A stretch of 38,929 bases of DNA from Candidatus Poseidoniaceae archaeon (lineage in GTDB: Archaea; Thermoplasmatota; Poseidoniia; Poseidoniales; Poseidoniaceae), in the NCBI GenBank assembly GCA_949538025.1, contig CATISI010000088.1:1-38929 (forward strand). Reading direction: 5' to 3'. Shown in pieces: positions 37,045 to 38,929 of the stretch (position 1 is the stretch's first letter; each line of letters begins with the position of its first letter). The notes under the pieces were generated by a model. That model was not told where the DNA came from. It searched no databases and saw nothing but the letters and a program-made list of their open reading frames with translations. The translations under genes were made by a program, and so were the position numbers.

Positions 37045-38067
37045 ATGGGCGCAACAGAACCATGGCTGGCAACAGTGCTGCCCGTTCTGAATGAGGAAGA
37101 ATACATCGAATCGTGCCTTCAATCCCTCATCGACCAATCCCTGCCAGCAAACGAACACACGATTCTCGTCCTTGATGGGGGTTCCACAGATGCTACAACG
37201 GAGATTGTTCAGAAGATTTGTGAAGGACTCGATTCAACCCAACATCCATCGATTCATCTTCTCGACAATCCGGGTCGATTCGTGCCACATGCACGAAATC
37301 TGGCTCTGCAACACCTCCCGGAGAGCATAACACACGTTCTTGAATTCAATGGGCATGTTGAGATTGAACGTGATCATCTCATTAAGATGAAGGAAGCATG
37401 GACACGGCTCAGAACCAGACACGAGCGGCTTGCAGGACTTGGCTGTCGTGTAATTGGAAATGATTCGACAACGAATACGGTTGAATCAATCATCGATGCA
37501 ACACTGAGCAGCCCACTGGGAGGTGGCACAGGACAATTCGCTCAATTTCACGAGGAAGGAAAAACCAATGTCCCTGCTTTTGCATTGCACCTGCGCTCTG
37601 CGTTAGAAGAGGTTGACGGCTGGGATGAATCGTTTCTGACAAGTCAGGACAGTGATTTGAGCATGCGATTGCTCAAGGCGGGATATGTTCTATGCCGAAC
37701 TCCAAAAGCTGTTGCAAAAATGCGACGCAGAACATCGTTTAGGTCGTGGTTTTTGATGAGCCACCGCTATGGTTTCTGGCGAACCAAAGTGTTGCTCAAG
37801 CACCCGCGTCGCCTCGTCTTACGCGAACTATTGCCACTGTTTGGCCTCATTTCCACATCGATGCTGTTGTTGTTCAATCCAATGTGGTCGATGATGTTGA
37901 TTGGAGCATACTGTGCCGTCTTGTTTCTCTTTGGTCTTCTTTCTGCCAAGAAGGGGCCTTCGCATATTCTTGGTGTGCCATTCTGTCTCCTAATTCTCCA
38001 CACAGCTTTTACGATTGGCTTGTTCGATGGTTTGATTCGAAAAGGTGGTGCATCCCGTGATCGGTGA
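37045..38067 (+). CDS. Family 2 glycosyltransferase (ExoA-like) with C-terminal membrane helices
   Basis: VLPVLNEEEYIESCLQSL, LDGGSTDAT, ARNLAL, GWDE...QDSDL, RYGFWR; C-terminal hydrophobic helices. Start ATG 37045. Confidence 0.9.
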   Translation: MGATEPWLATVLPVLNEEEYIESCLQSLIDQSLPANEHTILVLDGGSTDATTEIVQKICEGLDSTQHPSIHLLDNPGRFVPHARNLALQHLPESITHVLEFNGHVEIERDHLIKMKEAWTRLRTRHERLAGLGCRVIGNDSTTNTVESIIDATLSSPLGGGTGQFAQFHEEGKTNVPAFALHLRSALEEVDGWDESFLTSQDSDLSMRLLKAGYVLCRTPKAVAKMRRRTSFRSWFLMSHRYGFWRTKVLLKHPRRLVLRELLPLFGLISTSMLLLFNPMWSMMLIGAYCAVLFLFGLLSAKKGPSHILGVPFCLLILHTAFTIGLFDGLIRKGGASRDR

Positions 38068-38116
38068 TGAAACAACCAAGGCGAATGCATAAGAAGAAAA
38101 CGAACGAGTCGATTGT

Positions 38117-38929
38117 ATGGCAACCAGACAATCCTCCTCGATTGGACTGTTTGCATTACCTCTGTTGGTTATGGGAGCGCTCCATGTCATTGTCACTCCG
38201 TTAGCAGACATTCTCTCCCTTTCCTGGGTTTATTCCGCTGCATGGTATGGTCTTGGATTCCTTGTTGGATTTATGCTCATGAGGCGGACACGCGTCACGA
38301 AAGATCATGAATTTCGTCGTTCTGTAATTATGAAGAAAATGAAGCATGTTTACGATGCTGAAGCAAAAGGGGTCTGGGAAAAGGAAACTTCACTTAAAGG
38401 AGACACGCAAATCAACAAAGAACAACTAAACTCAACCATTGGCGCATTTGGTCGTGAAGCGCCTTAACTTGAATTAGACCGGGACGTGACCTCGGATGTT
38501 AAGATGCTCACAGAACAAGGATTCGTTCAGAAGGCCACCAGGCGCATGAGTGGGGACGGTACCGAAATGGATGAGATGGTTGATTCAACGGTTGGTTCTG
38601 TCCGCCAAGCGAGTTGGATGGACAACATCATCGATGGAATCTTTGGCTTGTTTGGCCGGGATACAGCTGCGGAACGTGAAGAGAAGCGCCTTTCACGCCT
38701 TCGTTCAAATGCACAGCAAACGCCAGTTATCGCCCAACGTCCAGTTGCTCCTGTCAAACAAGAAATGTCCGATAAACGCTCAAACGATGAACTAACCATG
38801 ACGACAATGAGTGATGATGGTGGAATCATATCCTCAACCAATATTGAAACTCCAACCATTCCCGTTCAACGCAAAGAGTCCATCGAAGACTTGGCTATGT
38901 TGAGTGGAGGAAGTGTTCAGGCGATGACA
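38117..38929 (+). pseudogene. Membrane protein gene (2 N-terminal TMs) interrupted by a single in-frame TAA at 38465-38467; runs off the window end
   Basis: After ...GREAP-TAA the same frame stays open for 154 codons to the window end (LELDRDVTSDVKMLTEQGFVQKATRRMSG...WMDNIIDGIFGLFGRD...). Confidence 0.6.

Noticed and set aside
38465..38467. Stop-codon reassignment or programmed readthrough
   Set aside because: Single instance; TAA terminates several bona fide genes in the window.
271..38859. Numerous short ORFs (60-210 aa) antisense or out of frame within the large genes, e.g. 8540-9169(-), 32949-33452(-), 28353-28889(-)
   Set aside because: Nested in long motif-bearing ORFs, with no recognisable motifs; shadow ORFs expected from codon bias.

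Overview
A gene-dense archaeal window with short or overlapping intergenic regions and GGAGG/AGGTGA ribosome-binding sites. Gene style (acidic giant surface proteins, extended AglB, UPF0201, class III signal peptides, a GLPEGWTxEQW tail) suggests Thermoplasmatota, probably Marine Group II/Poseidoniales; this assignment is inference. About 17 real genes, dominated by cell-envelope functions: a 3183-aa oligosaccharyltransferase (AglB/STT3) with an extra N-terminal membrane domain and a ~1700-aa extracellular stalk; a membrane-anchored subtilisin; a beta-helix/Ig surface protein followed 12 nt later by a wHTH-STAND-TPR (NLR-like) protein; three translationally coupled type IV pilin-like genes; a YycJ-like MBL hydrolase; a ~1900-aa Ca-binding DxDxDG-repeat protein; a ~1800-aa membrane-anchored surface protein; a Zn-metalloprotease lipoprotein; a pyroglutamyl-peptidase/Nudix fusion; a UPF0201 protein; a GT2 glycosyltransferase; and a final gene interrupted by one in-frame TAA. 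No rRNA, tRNA, CRISPR array or mobile element was seen. The best candidates for undescribed systems are (i) the giant AglB plus glycoprotein/pilin envelope module and (ii) a putative transmembrane signalling unit made of a surface receptor with a Trp-motif cytoplasmic tail, a wHTH-STAND-TPR protein and TGATATTTT direct repeats upstream. Family assignments come from motif recognition by eye, not database searches.
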